From: Veleropilina oligotropha
Lineage: Eukaryota
Assembly (NCBI GenBank): GCA_048128005.1
Contig: JBEUKZ010000130.1
Coordinates: 186,001-227,671 of the forward strand
DNA: 41,671 nucleotides
Reading direction: 5' to 3'
The notes under the pieces are model-generated. The model searched no databases and had not been told where the DNA came from. It saw nothing but the letters and a program-made list of their open reading frames with translations. This document shows positions 30,822 through 41,671 of the stretch, in pieces; the first letter of the stretch is position 1, and every line of letters begins with the position of its first letter. The translations under genes and the position numbers were made by a program.

Positions 30822-32570
30822 TAGCTATATGGAGACATATTATGACATATGGACTACCCTTATCATACTCTAGATCATGGTGGGTAATATTTCACGGGAA
30901 TGATTTTTGACCTTGCCACAATAACCTTTGACCCTGAAATTTTGTCCGGGCTGCTTCTCGGAGACTCAGCATGGTAGCCTTTTAATTTTTTTTAGATATC
31001 TTGCCTATAACCCAAAGCTGTGCATGGCACTAAAATGTTTGTCATTTCGCCTTTGACCTTCACAAATTTCCATATTTACATATTTTTATAATTCGTAAAC
31101 ATTTTTTTTTAATTTTTGCCAACCTCTTTCTGTAGGGTTAGTACATCATGTAACAGACAGAAAATGACCTTTCATCAAATGTAAAGGTCACAGAGGTCAA
31201 AATATACACACAATTTGCAGACTTGATCTGCATGACTTATAGCATAGTTACTATCATAGCTAGGGGACATATTGTGATATATGGACTACCCTTATCATAG
31301 CACCTTTGGCCCTTAAATTTTGTCTGGGCCGTTTCTCGGAGACCAAACATGCTAGCCTTCTAATTGTTTTTAGGTGTGTTCCCTATAATACAAAGCTGTG
31401 CATGGCAGTAAAATTTAGATCATTTGACCTTGACCTCTGCATTGTGACCTTCACAAATTTCCTATCTACATTTTTTTCATTTTTCGGTTTGTTTTAAATT
31501 TTGGGGGCCAAACTATTTCTTTAGGGTTAATACATCATGTAACAAATACGAAATATGGCCTTTGGCCAAAGTTCAAGGTCACAGAGGTCTAAATATACTC
31601 GCAATTATTTCTTTCTTCAGTTAATTTTTCATCCAACCTTTTTCATGATGGACAGTTAGCACAGTCAGTGTTTAGCCAAAGGCTACTGGCAAGGTGAAGA
31701 TCACAGATTTTATATGGCAGTCTGATTGCTATATAAAGCTGGGGTTCCTGATAGCCGGGCGGCTGTATATTTTTTTAGGTGTGTTGCCTATAATACAAAG
31801 CTGTGCATGGCAGTAAAATTTTGATCCTTTGACCTCTGCGTAGTGACCTTCACAAATTTTCTATATTTAGATTTTTTTATTTTTCGTAATTTTTTAATTT
31901 TTTGGGGCCAAACTATTTCTTTAGGGTTAGTACATCATATAACAAATACGAAAAATGGCCTTTGGTCAAAGGTCAAGGTCACAGAGGTCAAAATATACTC
32001 GCAATTTGCATACTTTGTGAGACCAATAGCCTGGCTACTATGATAGCTATGGAGACATATTATGACATATGGACTACCCTTATCATACCCTAGATCATGG
32101 TGGGTAAATTTCACGGGAATGATTTTTGACCTTGCCACAATAACCTTTGACCCTGAAATTTTGTCTGGGCTGGTTCTCGGAGACTCTGCATGGTAGCCTT
32201 TTAATATTTTTATATGTTGCCTATAACCCAAAGCTGTGCATGGCGCTAATATAAAATGTTTGTCATTTGACCTTCACAAATTTCCATATTTATATATTTT
32301 TATAATTTGTAAACATTTTTTTTAAATTTTTGCCAAGCTCTTTCTGTAGGGTTAGTACATCATGTAACAGAGAGAAAAATTACCTTTGATCAAATGTCAA
32401 GGTCACAGAGGTCTAAATATACTCGCAATTTTTTCTTTCTTTTAAATTATTTTTTCATCCAAACTTCTTCATGATGGACAATTAGCACAGTGTTTAGCCA
32501 AGGGCTACTGGCAAGGTCAAGATCACAGATTTTATATGGCAGTCTGATTGCTATATAAGGCTGGGGTTTC
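30822..32570 (+). mobile_element. Inner HINE-like element, 3' part
   Basis: Same unit family as 14059-14862; GCTGGGGTT 3' sub-terminal repeats at ~31738 and ~32560. Confidence 0.65.
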
Positions 32571-32571
32571 T

Positions 32572-33730
32572 GAATATAGTCTCTGGAGATTCATTTCTGA
32601 TCTCATGCTATAAGGAACTCGCCTATCTTTTTTTATGTTAATCAATATCCACTTTCTTTAAACTTCATATGCTATTATATATAAGTATGAACTATCACGA
32701 GTTCGAATGTTGAATGAAAATATTTATTTTTTACTACATTTGTTACGTTTTTGAACATAGTCTCTGGAGCTTCATTTCTGATCTCATGCTATAAGGAACT
32801 CACCTATCTTTTTTTATGTTAATCAATAGCCACCTTCTTTAAACTTCATATGCTATTATATATAAGTACGAACTATCATGAGTTCGAATGTTGAATGAAA
32901 ATATTTATTTTTTACGTTTTTGAACATAGTCTCTGGGGCTTCATTTCTGATCTCGTGCTAAAAGAAACTCACCTATCTTTTTCGAAGTTAATCAATAGCC
33001 ACCTTCTTCAAACTTCATATGCTATTTTATCACATGACAAAGCTGTTATGGAACGGTAGAAGCCATTCCATAAATTTCGATATAAAAAGACACGTCTCAT
33101 AAGAATGCAAATGAGGGCGAGCATGACGGCCGATCATCGCATCTGGCGCCAAGTTGATTAGGCAGCGCATCACCCTCATTAACATAATGAATAATTCATA
33201 CGCGTTGACTCGTCGACTATTTTTTATTGGCGTACTGGCGTGGCGCGTGCTTTCGAGGCGTGATGCGTCTGAGGCAATGGCAATTTATGGCTGAAAGTAC
33301 TGACAGAAATTAGTTTTAAAACGTAAAGAAATGTGTTTAAAAATGCAATAAAAAAAGTTTAAAGGTAAATAAAGTCAAGTGATAAAGAAGATATGAAACT
33401 TGTGTCCATTTCATATGAGAATTATGAAACTCGTCAGCAAATGTATGTACCTCGCCAAGGCTCGGTACATAAAGTGTGCCCCGACTCGTTTCATAATTAT
33501 CATATGGAAAGGACACTCGTTCGATATCCTCTATATATATATGAGTATGAACTATCATGAGTTTGAATATTGAATGAAAACGGATATTTTTTACCACATC
33601 TTTCACGTTTTTGGACATAGTCTCTGGAGCTTCATTTCTTATCTCGTACGATATCACCTATTTTTTATGTTAATCAAGAGCCATCTCATTCAAACTTGAT
33701 AAGCTATTACATATATGTATGAACTATCAT
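32572..33730 (+). repeat. Outer HINE-like element, 3' part: ~175-bp degenerate tandem units (interrupted ~33030-33500)
   Basis: Repeated AGTCTCTGGAGCTTCATTTCTGATCTC...GAACTATCA units matching 13928-14058. Confidence 0.55.
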
Positions 33731-34102
33731 GATGTGTGGCGGCTATTACGTACCAACGACAATGAAATGATGCTAGGTAACATGTGGTTGACTCACGGCT
33801 TGGAAAACTAGAGCAAGTCGTATTCAATATGCTCGACTATTTATGCCAAATTAAGTTAAGTTGTGCATTTGATAATGTATTAGCAATCAATATGCTGGAC
33901 TATTTATGACAATTTTTATTACATCGAAATCATGAATTCATCTGACTATACATGTATGTAGAACCTTGTTAGCTATTTAATAAAAATGCGCATGCCAGTA
34001 TGACCATCATATTCTTCAGAGTGTCGCATCCCTTCCTCGTGGCCTGTTGACCGTATATCGCTCCGCCGCTGGTAATGGCGGTACGATGCCACTGTTCACG
34101 TG

Positions 34103-35830
34103 GGGCCAATTTTTCGGGTCTGGTCTAAACTATAGTTGAAACTACCCAAATCCAGAGCGAAACCTGGTCTCGTTAAACCAGGTCGAAACCGAGACTGTAG
34201 TTTTGGTTTCATTGGATATTTGATACATAGTTTAGTCCAGGTTTAAAGGAACTATAGTTTAGACTAAGGTTTCATGAGTTATCAGTGTCGTTCTGTAGCA
34301 TTTGTGCACGATACAAAATATAGCAAAACTGCATATCGCTTCGATATATTTCGGAGAATTTGGACGGTATTTTGGTACTCTAAAATATTTTGTCACGGCA
34401 TCATAAACTATTCCATTGCGAGTTATTTATAGGACACGAGTCCTTGTATGTTTTTCATAGGTGTGCGGTTGTGTGAAAAATTGGAATGTCAAATCCACTA
34501 ATCGGTCTATGTGAATTAAGCCCTCTCGCAATCTGCATTGAGCAATGGAATGCCAACGGCATGAAAACTTCAGTGCCGAAGACGAACAAAAATTACATTT
34601 CAAATGTTGAAAAAACCCATGACATGGTAAATGCAAGTTCTTCAGGTGCAGCAACTAAAAAATGGAAAATTTATAATTAAAATAATGAAATCAAAAAATA
34701 ATATTTGACGATGATTATGTACTTTTGATGTATCAATAATTTGTATTGATGGTTGTCTACATGAAATGTCCTTGAATTATCTGATGGCATCACCTCTCTT
34801 GTTCGCGACGTGTTGTGCAGAATCGTTGTCATCCACATCATTGTTGTGTAATTCCATTTCTTCGAAATCTGGCTTTGTCTACATAAGTTGTGTAAAACTG
34901 TAGTTGCAATAATAATGACTAAAGCATTTTACAATTATTTCCTAAGACGGTAATGAAGGCATAGGCAGCAAATTTTTAATATTCCAAATAATCTTTCAGC
35001 AACACCGCATGTACGGGCATGGGAAATGTTATAGCGGCTTTCATTTGGATTTTGAGGATTGCAGAGTGGCGTCATCATGACAGTAAGGCGTACACGCGTT
35101 ACCACTGTCACCAAGTACATAGCTCATTCCTCTCCCATGTTTCTGTAGATTGTTCATGATGACGGTTTCAGTAAGAATTCTGTTGTCGTGTACGCCCCCG
35201 GGCCATCTTGCAATAACATTGGTAATTTCGATATTGGCATTGCATATAATCTGTACATTTATGGAATAAAAGCCTTTCCTGTTCATGTACCATCTCCACC
35301 AGGAGAAATAATTCCGATGTGATTGCAATCAACGACACTTATCACATTCGGAAATACATCTATTAGTATCTCATAAAACTGTTGCTTGGTATCTGCAAGA
35401 TTAATATCCTGAGACCGTATAAAACACCATATCCTCTTTGCCAGGGCACATGACACACGTGCATATCGTCAGCTGTCCTCTTGTACGAACCCGTTGCATA
35501 AAATCGTAATACCACCAACACACGTATGGCTGGACTGACTGATATGAGGCTGGCTAGATCATATTAATCCCCTAAACACCCTTTCACGTCCCACAGCAAG
35601 CTGAACTAGTCGGTTGTAAAATAAAACGATCACCAATTTGGTTGATGATAAAATGTAAAACAGAGTGAAACTAGCCCCTGAGCAGGTTTCACTTTAAACT
35701 ATAGTTTATACCAGGATGAAATATAAACCATGGCCGAAAAATCCATTTAAACCTGAAATCAGGTCTAAACTATGGTTTAGCCCTGGTCTCACCGTACACC
35801 TGGTCTAAACTAGCCCCGAAAAATTGGCCC
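34103..35830 (-). mobile_element. Decayed PIF/Harbinger DNA transposon
   Basis: TIR GGGCCAATTTTTCGGG (34103-34118 / 35815-35830); minus-strand LRFYATG, NRKGFYSINVQIIC..ARWPGGVHD..LGDSG transposase motifs with frameshifts. Confidence 0.88.
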
Positions 35831-36994
35831 ATGCGGTTTCATTATTTTGGCCATCATCCTCTCTCACAGAGATGGATGGAAATATTTGTTACAGCAATTT
35901 CTGTTGAATCAAGACTTAATGTTGATCACAAGGATTGCTTCTGAACTGTTGAAATTGAAGGACAAGAAGAAGATAAGATTATGCTGGGTGCATATTATCC
36001 TGCTTAAACGTCAACAGAAGGGGTGTTATTCTAAAATGGTTAACGAACAACAAATTTTTGAGGAGAAGTTTCAATACAGAACAATTTACCCAATTATTGT
36101 TGCTCGTAGAAGAGGATCCGGTGAAACAAGAGAACCTAGAGCTATTATATTTGTTCAATACTAAGGCTGGGAAAGCCCTTAAAATTCATATTGTGGAATT
36201 TCCTGTCCGGTAACCCTCCGGCAATGGCATCAATCGCTACATGAAGCAATTTTTTTTATGGATGCCATTTCCTGTTGCTGTTGACGCATTGATGGAATCT
36301 CTCCTTCATTAAATGATCATTTCGATATTTGTCGAACGCCGTTGCCTGATGCCGCAGGATATTTCCGCATATGTCGAATGTCAGCTTTAGGCAATTGGCA
36401 GAATGGAGGCTTTACATGGTCTGGCCTTCCATCTTGTGGAGAAGTCTCGATTCGTGAAATATTTTGTCCTTCAGCTACCAAAAGCTGAAGAAGCAAGAGC
36501 AATGCAATGCTTAAAATGCCTCTCTGTAGAATTAATTAAGGTACTGCACCACCCAGGAAACAAAACTCTGTCAAATTTCAAGTTCACTGCCATACAGGCA
36601 GTAGCTTCTAAAAAAACAGTGGACAAAAATGTGGTGTTATCCGCCCGCATATATGATGTCTTGCATCTTGTTTTCAAATCTGCAATGACAAATTACAATA
36701 GCAAATTGAACATGCAAGATATGTGAAAATACTTATAGGCATCACATGTCTAACACCAATTACCAATCGGAAAATTAATTCGCGAATTGCTCATTAATAA
36801 TGATTACACATTCAACATTAATTTTGCATACAGAAGTTCGTTCAACGCTACCGTCTTCGGGTCAATTCCTATCATTCTTAACCTCTTTCACAGATTATCT
36901 CCAGATGGCATCAAATGCTGCTCTGAAATTCACAAATAGAGTAATAGAAACTTCTATTTATTGTTTTTTTTATAATCGGCCGCACAATAAAGAT

Positions 36995-37545
36995 AGCATC
37001 ATTCGTTCCTCTGTTCTACCTGAATGTGACGAGGATTTCATTCATCTTCTGAAGCAGCATCATTCGTTCCTCTGTTCTACCTGAATGTGACCAGGATTTC
37101 ATTCATCTTCTGAAGCAGCATCATTCGTTCCTCTGTTCTACCTGAATGTGACGAGGATTTCATCCATCTGAAGCAGCATCATTCGTTCCTCTGTTCTACC
37201 TGAGTGTGACGAGCATTTCATCCATCTTCTGGAGCAGCATCATTCGTTCCTCTGTTCTACCTGAATGTCACGAGGATTTCATTCATCTTCTGAAGCATCA
37301 TCATTCGTTCCTCTGTTCTACCTGAATGTGACCAGGATTTCATTCATCTTCTGAAGCAGCATCATTCGTTCCTCTGTTCTACCTGAATGTGACGAGGATT
37401 TCATTCATCTGAAGCAGCATCATTCGTTCCTCTGTTCTACCTGAATGTGACGAGGATTTCATTCATCTTCTGAAGTAGCATCATTCGTTCCTCTGTTCTA
37501 CCGGAATGTGACGAGGATTTCATTCATCTTCTGAAGCAGCATCAT
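36995..37545. repeat. 61-bp minisatellite (~9 copies)
   Basis: Unit CATTCGTTCCTCTGTTCTACCTGAATGTGACGAGGATTTCATTCATCTTCTGAAGCAGCAT. Confidence 0.95.
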
Positions 37546-37559
37546 GCAGAAGACCTACC

Positions 37560-38110
37560 CCGCGTTGGATATCAGCGAGATGGCACCGCAGTTTGAGGGT
37601 GTTAACTTGCAACCTTTCTTATAAACTGGATTAATAATTCTGAATCATTCTGTTGGAATTTTTTCTTGATGCCAGATCGTCACAAGCATATCGGTCATCG
37701 AATCCCGCTTATTTTCAACACTGCAGTTGTTATTCCATCAATGCCGGGTGCTTTCCTGCACTTCATTGCCTTGACCGCCTTCTGAACCTGGTCTAATGAG
37801 AAGGGGGTTTCCAGCTTTGCCCGGCGTAGTGTCCGTAATGTTGTCAAATGCCTCCTTTGATCTTGGCAAGATCATGTTCATGTGTTTTTGGAAGTATATG
37901 TTTCCCTGCATTTCTATACCTCATCTTGTGCTGTTGTTTTCAATTAATTTTCCGTCATCATCACTTGCAGTCATAAGCTGTTCCGGTGACTTATTTCACA
38001 GCTCTCTCACAATTCTTTGAGACCGTATGAGGTGTTCTTCCTCGAGTATTCCTACACACGCTCTATCTTTTCTTTAAGCTGTTTTTTCTTCTATCACCTG
38101 ATCATCTTTA
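37560..38110 (-). mobile_element. RTE-like LINE fragment
   Basis: Minus-strand KAVKAMKCRKAPGIDGIT and IWHQEKIP..INPVYKK pre-RT motifs with stops. Confidence 0.6.
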
Positions 38111-40157
38111 CTCCTCTGTTTTTAATTCGTAATATTTCTCTGCATTAATTGGAGGTGGAGGACACTTATCAACCTGCTTTCTTTCCTCATTCTTCTTCAC
38201 ATTATAGAACAGTCCCCCGTAATATTGGGGTATTGCGTTCTTACGAATAATTATGACGTCAACATAGGAACAGTGAATTGATTAACAGTGAATTAAAACG
38301 CGTCGATGAACAAAAAGAAAACGAACATCAAAGAGCATATGATTGTATAAATAGAGTATTGGTCAAATAATGACTGCAGACTGGAGTGACAACAGCCGAG
38401 GATGATCTTGAAGCTATGGTGATGGAGCGTCAACCAGTGGAGTTAGGATATCGTTCCACAGTCCTATGGTTACTGAGAAAAAGATTATAGATGGGTATCA
38501 ATCCTAGAGAAGGGAACCATGAGTCGTTGTTGGTGACCTCTGATAGAGCCTCCAAAAGATTGAGGCTGGGATATCGGGATGTCGACTTTTTGATGCAAGA
38601 TCTTAAACATCAGGATCAACCACATGGCTAGACGTCTACTCTTCAACGTTGGTAAGCTTAGTATGGACAACATGGTGATGGGACTGCTCATGCGTTTAGA
38701 GTCCGGGTAGTTGAAGCGTACTGCACGGCGTTGCATTGCTTCAAGCTTGATCTTTTTAGATTGCGTGTATGGATTCCATACTATCGCCGCATACTAAATA
38801 GGAACAAATGTAACGTATGCCTGTTTCTTGACCTTGATGGGCAGTTTCCTATGATCCGTCGTAGAAAACCTATAGTGAAGTTGGCTTTCTTGGTGTGGAT
38901 GTGATTGATCCAGATTAGGTATTTTTGATACTGATACCTAGATACGTATCATCCTTAACAGCCTTCAGGGTTCACCATGGATCGTGTACTGGTGATGATA
39001 TGGGGGACGTTTGGTTGGTTACATGCGCATCTTCGCATTTCGATGGGTAAAACGTCATCAACCAATCGTCCTCCCACTGCTGGATGCATCAAGGTCTCTT
39101 TGAATGATATCGCAATCAGCTGGAAACTTCACCTGACGCTAAAGTAAGAAGTCGTCTGCAAACAGGCGTGCCTGAGACGGTGCGGATTCTGGCATTTCGT
39201 TGATGTGTATCAAAAACAAGACCGGCCATAATATCCTGCCATGATGGTGAGGGTACACCAACTGTAATATCAACACTATCAGAGACCTCATCATCCAGGA
39301 CGACTCGCGGAGTTCTGTCGTACAAGAAGTCACTTGTCCATGAAGTTACACTGCTGTCTAGACCGTAGTAACTCAGTAAGCCATCTCATATAGTAGTAAT
39401 AATTTGTGATGAACTTTATCAAAAGCCTAAGGCCAGGCGGCCCTTACTAAAGCACTGCGTCTTTTTGCCTTTATTCAGTTCCTCGGCTAAGTCCGAGATG
39501 GTAAGGATTAGCCGAGATTCACAGGAGCCGAGCTTTCGGAATCCATGTTACAAGTTTGAGACTTTGTTGTTTTTCTCCAGACACTACAGATGATGTGTTC
39601 CATTACACTGCAACATATCGACGTCAAACTTACTAAACGGTAGTTTGATGCCAGGTCATTTTCGCCCTTCTTGAATAGAGGTGTTACTAGAGCATCTTGC
39701 TAGATTGGAGACAGTTTCCTTCATCGAGTGTTACTTGGAACAATAACATGAGAGCTGGTCGCTAAAGGACTTGAAAAATCAAGCAGATAAGTTGTCAGGT
39801 CATGTTGCCTTATGAACTTTAAAGCCTTTCAAAACTTCCATCATGGCATGCTCCGTGATGGTGATCTTTGGCATCTATGTTGTCTTGTGTGGCCTCTTGT
39901 CGGATATGTTCGTGGTATCCTCCTTGGTGAACACTGTGGCGAGTTGATCATTCAGTATAAATTTGCCTTTGCTTTACAATCATTGTGAGCGATGCCCTTC
40001 CGCGTCAATGGGGGGGGGGCACAACTGACGAATCGCATCTTCGAGATTTGATGAAGTTGAATAATTTCTTGTTGTTATTACCATTATCAGAGATTATTCC
40101 ATTCCATTTGCATTCACGTTAAGTGGATTTCTTCAGTGAGCGATAATACTTCTAGTC

Positions 40158-40490
40158 CAGGGGCGGATCTAGAGGGGGGTCCGTGGGGGTCGCCCCCCCC
40201 CCCTTGACGAACCAAGTGCCCCTTTGCCTCGGCCATTAAAAAACTCAATGTGTTAGATTGTGAAAAAATGAAAAAATTACTCGTACATTTTAGTGAAAAT
40301 GGTTCATAAATGTTCGTAAGAAATATCGCTTTTGCTCTGTCAGAGTGCAAGAGAGGAGGTTTCAGGCTGTTGATTTACAGATTGTCAAAAATTTCTTTCG
40401 TGTAGGGCCCCGCGCGAACAGTTCATAATATATTTGATGAAACTTGAACACCCCCCCCCCCCCATTTTCAAAATCCTGGATCCACCCCTG
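40158..40490. mobile_element. MITE with CAGGGG(C/T)GGATC TIRs inserted in the LINE
   Basis: CAGGGGCGGATCTAG (40158-40172) / CTGGATCCACCCCTG (40476-40490). Confidence 0.7.
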
Positions 40491-41269
40491 CAGTCGCATT
40501 TTGTATTTTATCTTTTTGCATGATTAAGTGATCTGTGCTTTTGGCGAGATAATTTCTTGTTAGTGCTATTGATCCACTTGCGGCTGATCAAACCTGGAAG
40601 ATGTCATCTTGGTTGGTTCATGTTTTTCTATGATATGATGTAGATAGTGAGTCCCTTATATGTTGTACAGGTGGTTTGAACGTTAGAATCGATTAACACA
40701 ATGTCGTGATCTGAGATACCAGGCAACTTTGAAAGGGCGGCATTTCTTCATCAACGATGGTCTGTTGGTATTAAAAAAATCAAGCGTGTTTGAGTTACGG
40801 GTGTCACACGCTGCTCTGGTTCTTGATCGTTAATTATGTCCAGCGCAGTCTCAGTCATGTGTTTCGAGTAGAACTTGTTGTTATCGATGGTACCAGCAGG
40901 CCATGAGATGTCTGGTAGGTTGAAATCACTCCAAATCCAGATGACAGCAAGAAAGTTTGGTGTAGCAAGAGATATGATGTCAGCGCAGACTTGTTCGAAA
41001 TACGCCTCATCTCTGTTTGGTAGTTTGTACACAGATATTAAAATTAGTGGCCGTTTCTTAGAATTGGCCTGAATGTTCCATGCCACTGCCTCACAGTTTG
41101 TGTTCCACTCGATTAGGGTTGGTTGGCAACAATGTTTTACGACCACTTGAGCAATTTTTCAGCTGTATCGTAGTTGAGACACCCGGTTTATGGTCTCACT
41201 TCGATCTGACCGATATACATTAGGGATATGCCATCTATTAGTTTTAAGCGTTAGAATAAGCTACGCTGA

Positions 41270-41345
41270 AGCTGAGGTTTGAACCCATGCACATCTGTCC
41301 GTCCCACTTAACCTTTTTCCGACGCTCTAACCAGTTGAGCTATCG
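41270..41345 (-). mobile_element. tRNA-like SINE head or tRNA pseudogene
   Basis: Minus-strand TAGCTCAACTGGTTAGAGCG (A box) and GGGTTCAAACCTC (B box); no clean cloverleaf. Confidence 0.45.
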
Positions 41346-41671
41346 ATGACGTTTGGGAGCAGTTTAGGTTGACCGTTGCAGCAATAATGACATCGATGAT
41401 CGCCTAACCAAGGACGAAACGAGGTCTCAAAACCGATGATAATATCTGGTTTTGCGGCATCTAGAGCAAGCCATAGTTGATCCTTCTGTGATAACACTGA
41501 TAAGTATGCTGAATGATTTGTTGGGATTTCGAAGAGGGTGTATGTTTTTCATAGGGAAGATGGGTGAATGTAGCTGCATGGAAGATGAGTGAATGTGGCT
41601 GCCAATATTGAATGAGGTGAATAATCATCACATCACATCACAATGAAAGGATAGGGCCTATGATGAAAAGT

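Larger units (their letters stand above)
38380..41540 (-). mobile_element. Decayed LINE ORF2 (APE endonuclease + RT)
   Basis: Minus-strand SVYKLPN, SDFNLPDISW, PLFKKG, VSLTSICC, AFDKV, RLFADD, AIVWNPY, LEAMQRRAVRF in collinear order, many disruptions. Confidence 0.85.

Noticed and set aside
14857..30827. Canonical 6-bp Polinton TSD
   Set aside because: Flanking hexamers ATAGCT and TAGCTA do not match; only the 5-bp TAGCT is duplicated
36300..36730. Short ORFs and a minus-strand acceptor-like site near 36680
   Set aside because: No recognisable homology or multi-exon support
36995..37545. Regular array resembling CRISPR
   Set aside because: Whole 61-bp units repeat with no variable spacers and no cas genes

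Overview
Eukaryotic (animal; repeat landscape suggests a lophotrochozoan such as a mollusc, inference only) genomic window. Positions 2911-12079 hold a 7-coding-exon INTS12 (Integrator subunit 12, PHD finger) gene whose introns are packed with minisatellites. The centre is a complete, GC-rich, ~16-kb endogenous Polinton/Maverick-like virus (14863-30821). It has ~229-bp near-perfect TIRs ending AG...CT and a 5-bp TSD (TAGCT), and it is nested inside two HINE/Helentron-like repeats. It encodes a retroviral-type integrase, an A32-like packaging ATPase, a putative major capsid protein split by one frameshift, a minor capsid protein, several membrane proteins and a secreted Cys-rich cargo protein. 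It has no canonical pPolB and no recognisable adenain-like protease. Instead it carries one 1290-aa protein that reads as Rho-N/HeH + OTU-like protease + degenerate family-B polymerase + SF1 (RecD/Pif1) helicase + HNH nuclease. A hairpin membrane protein begins with tandem ESCRT late-domain-like motifs (PSAP, LYPQL), and a PPPY motif lies in the -1 frame behind a GA7 run. This hints at an enveloped or ESCRT-budding Polinton-like virus (hypothesis). The flanks contain decayed LINEs, SINEs, MITEs, a Harbinger relic and satellites.
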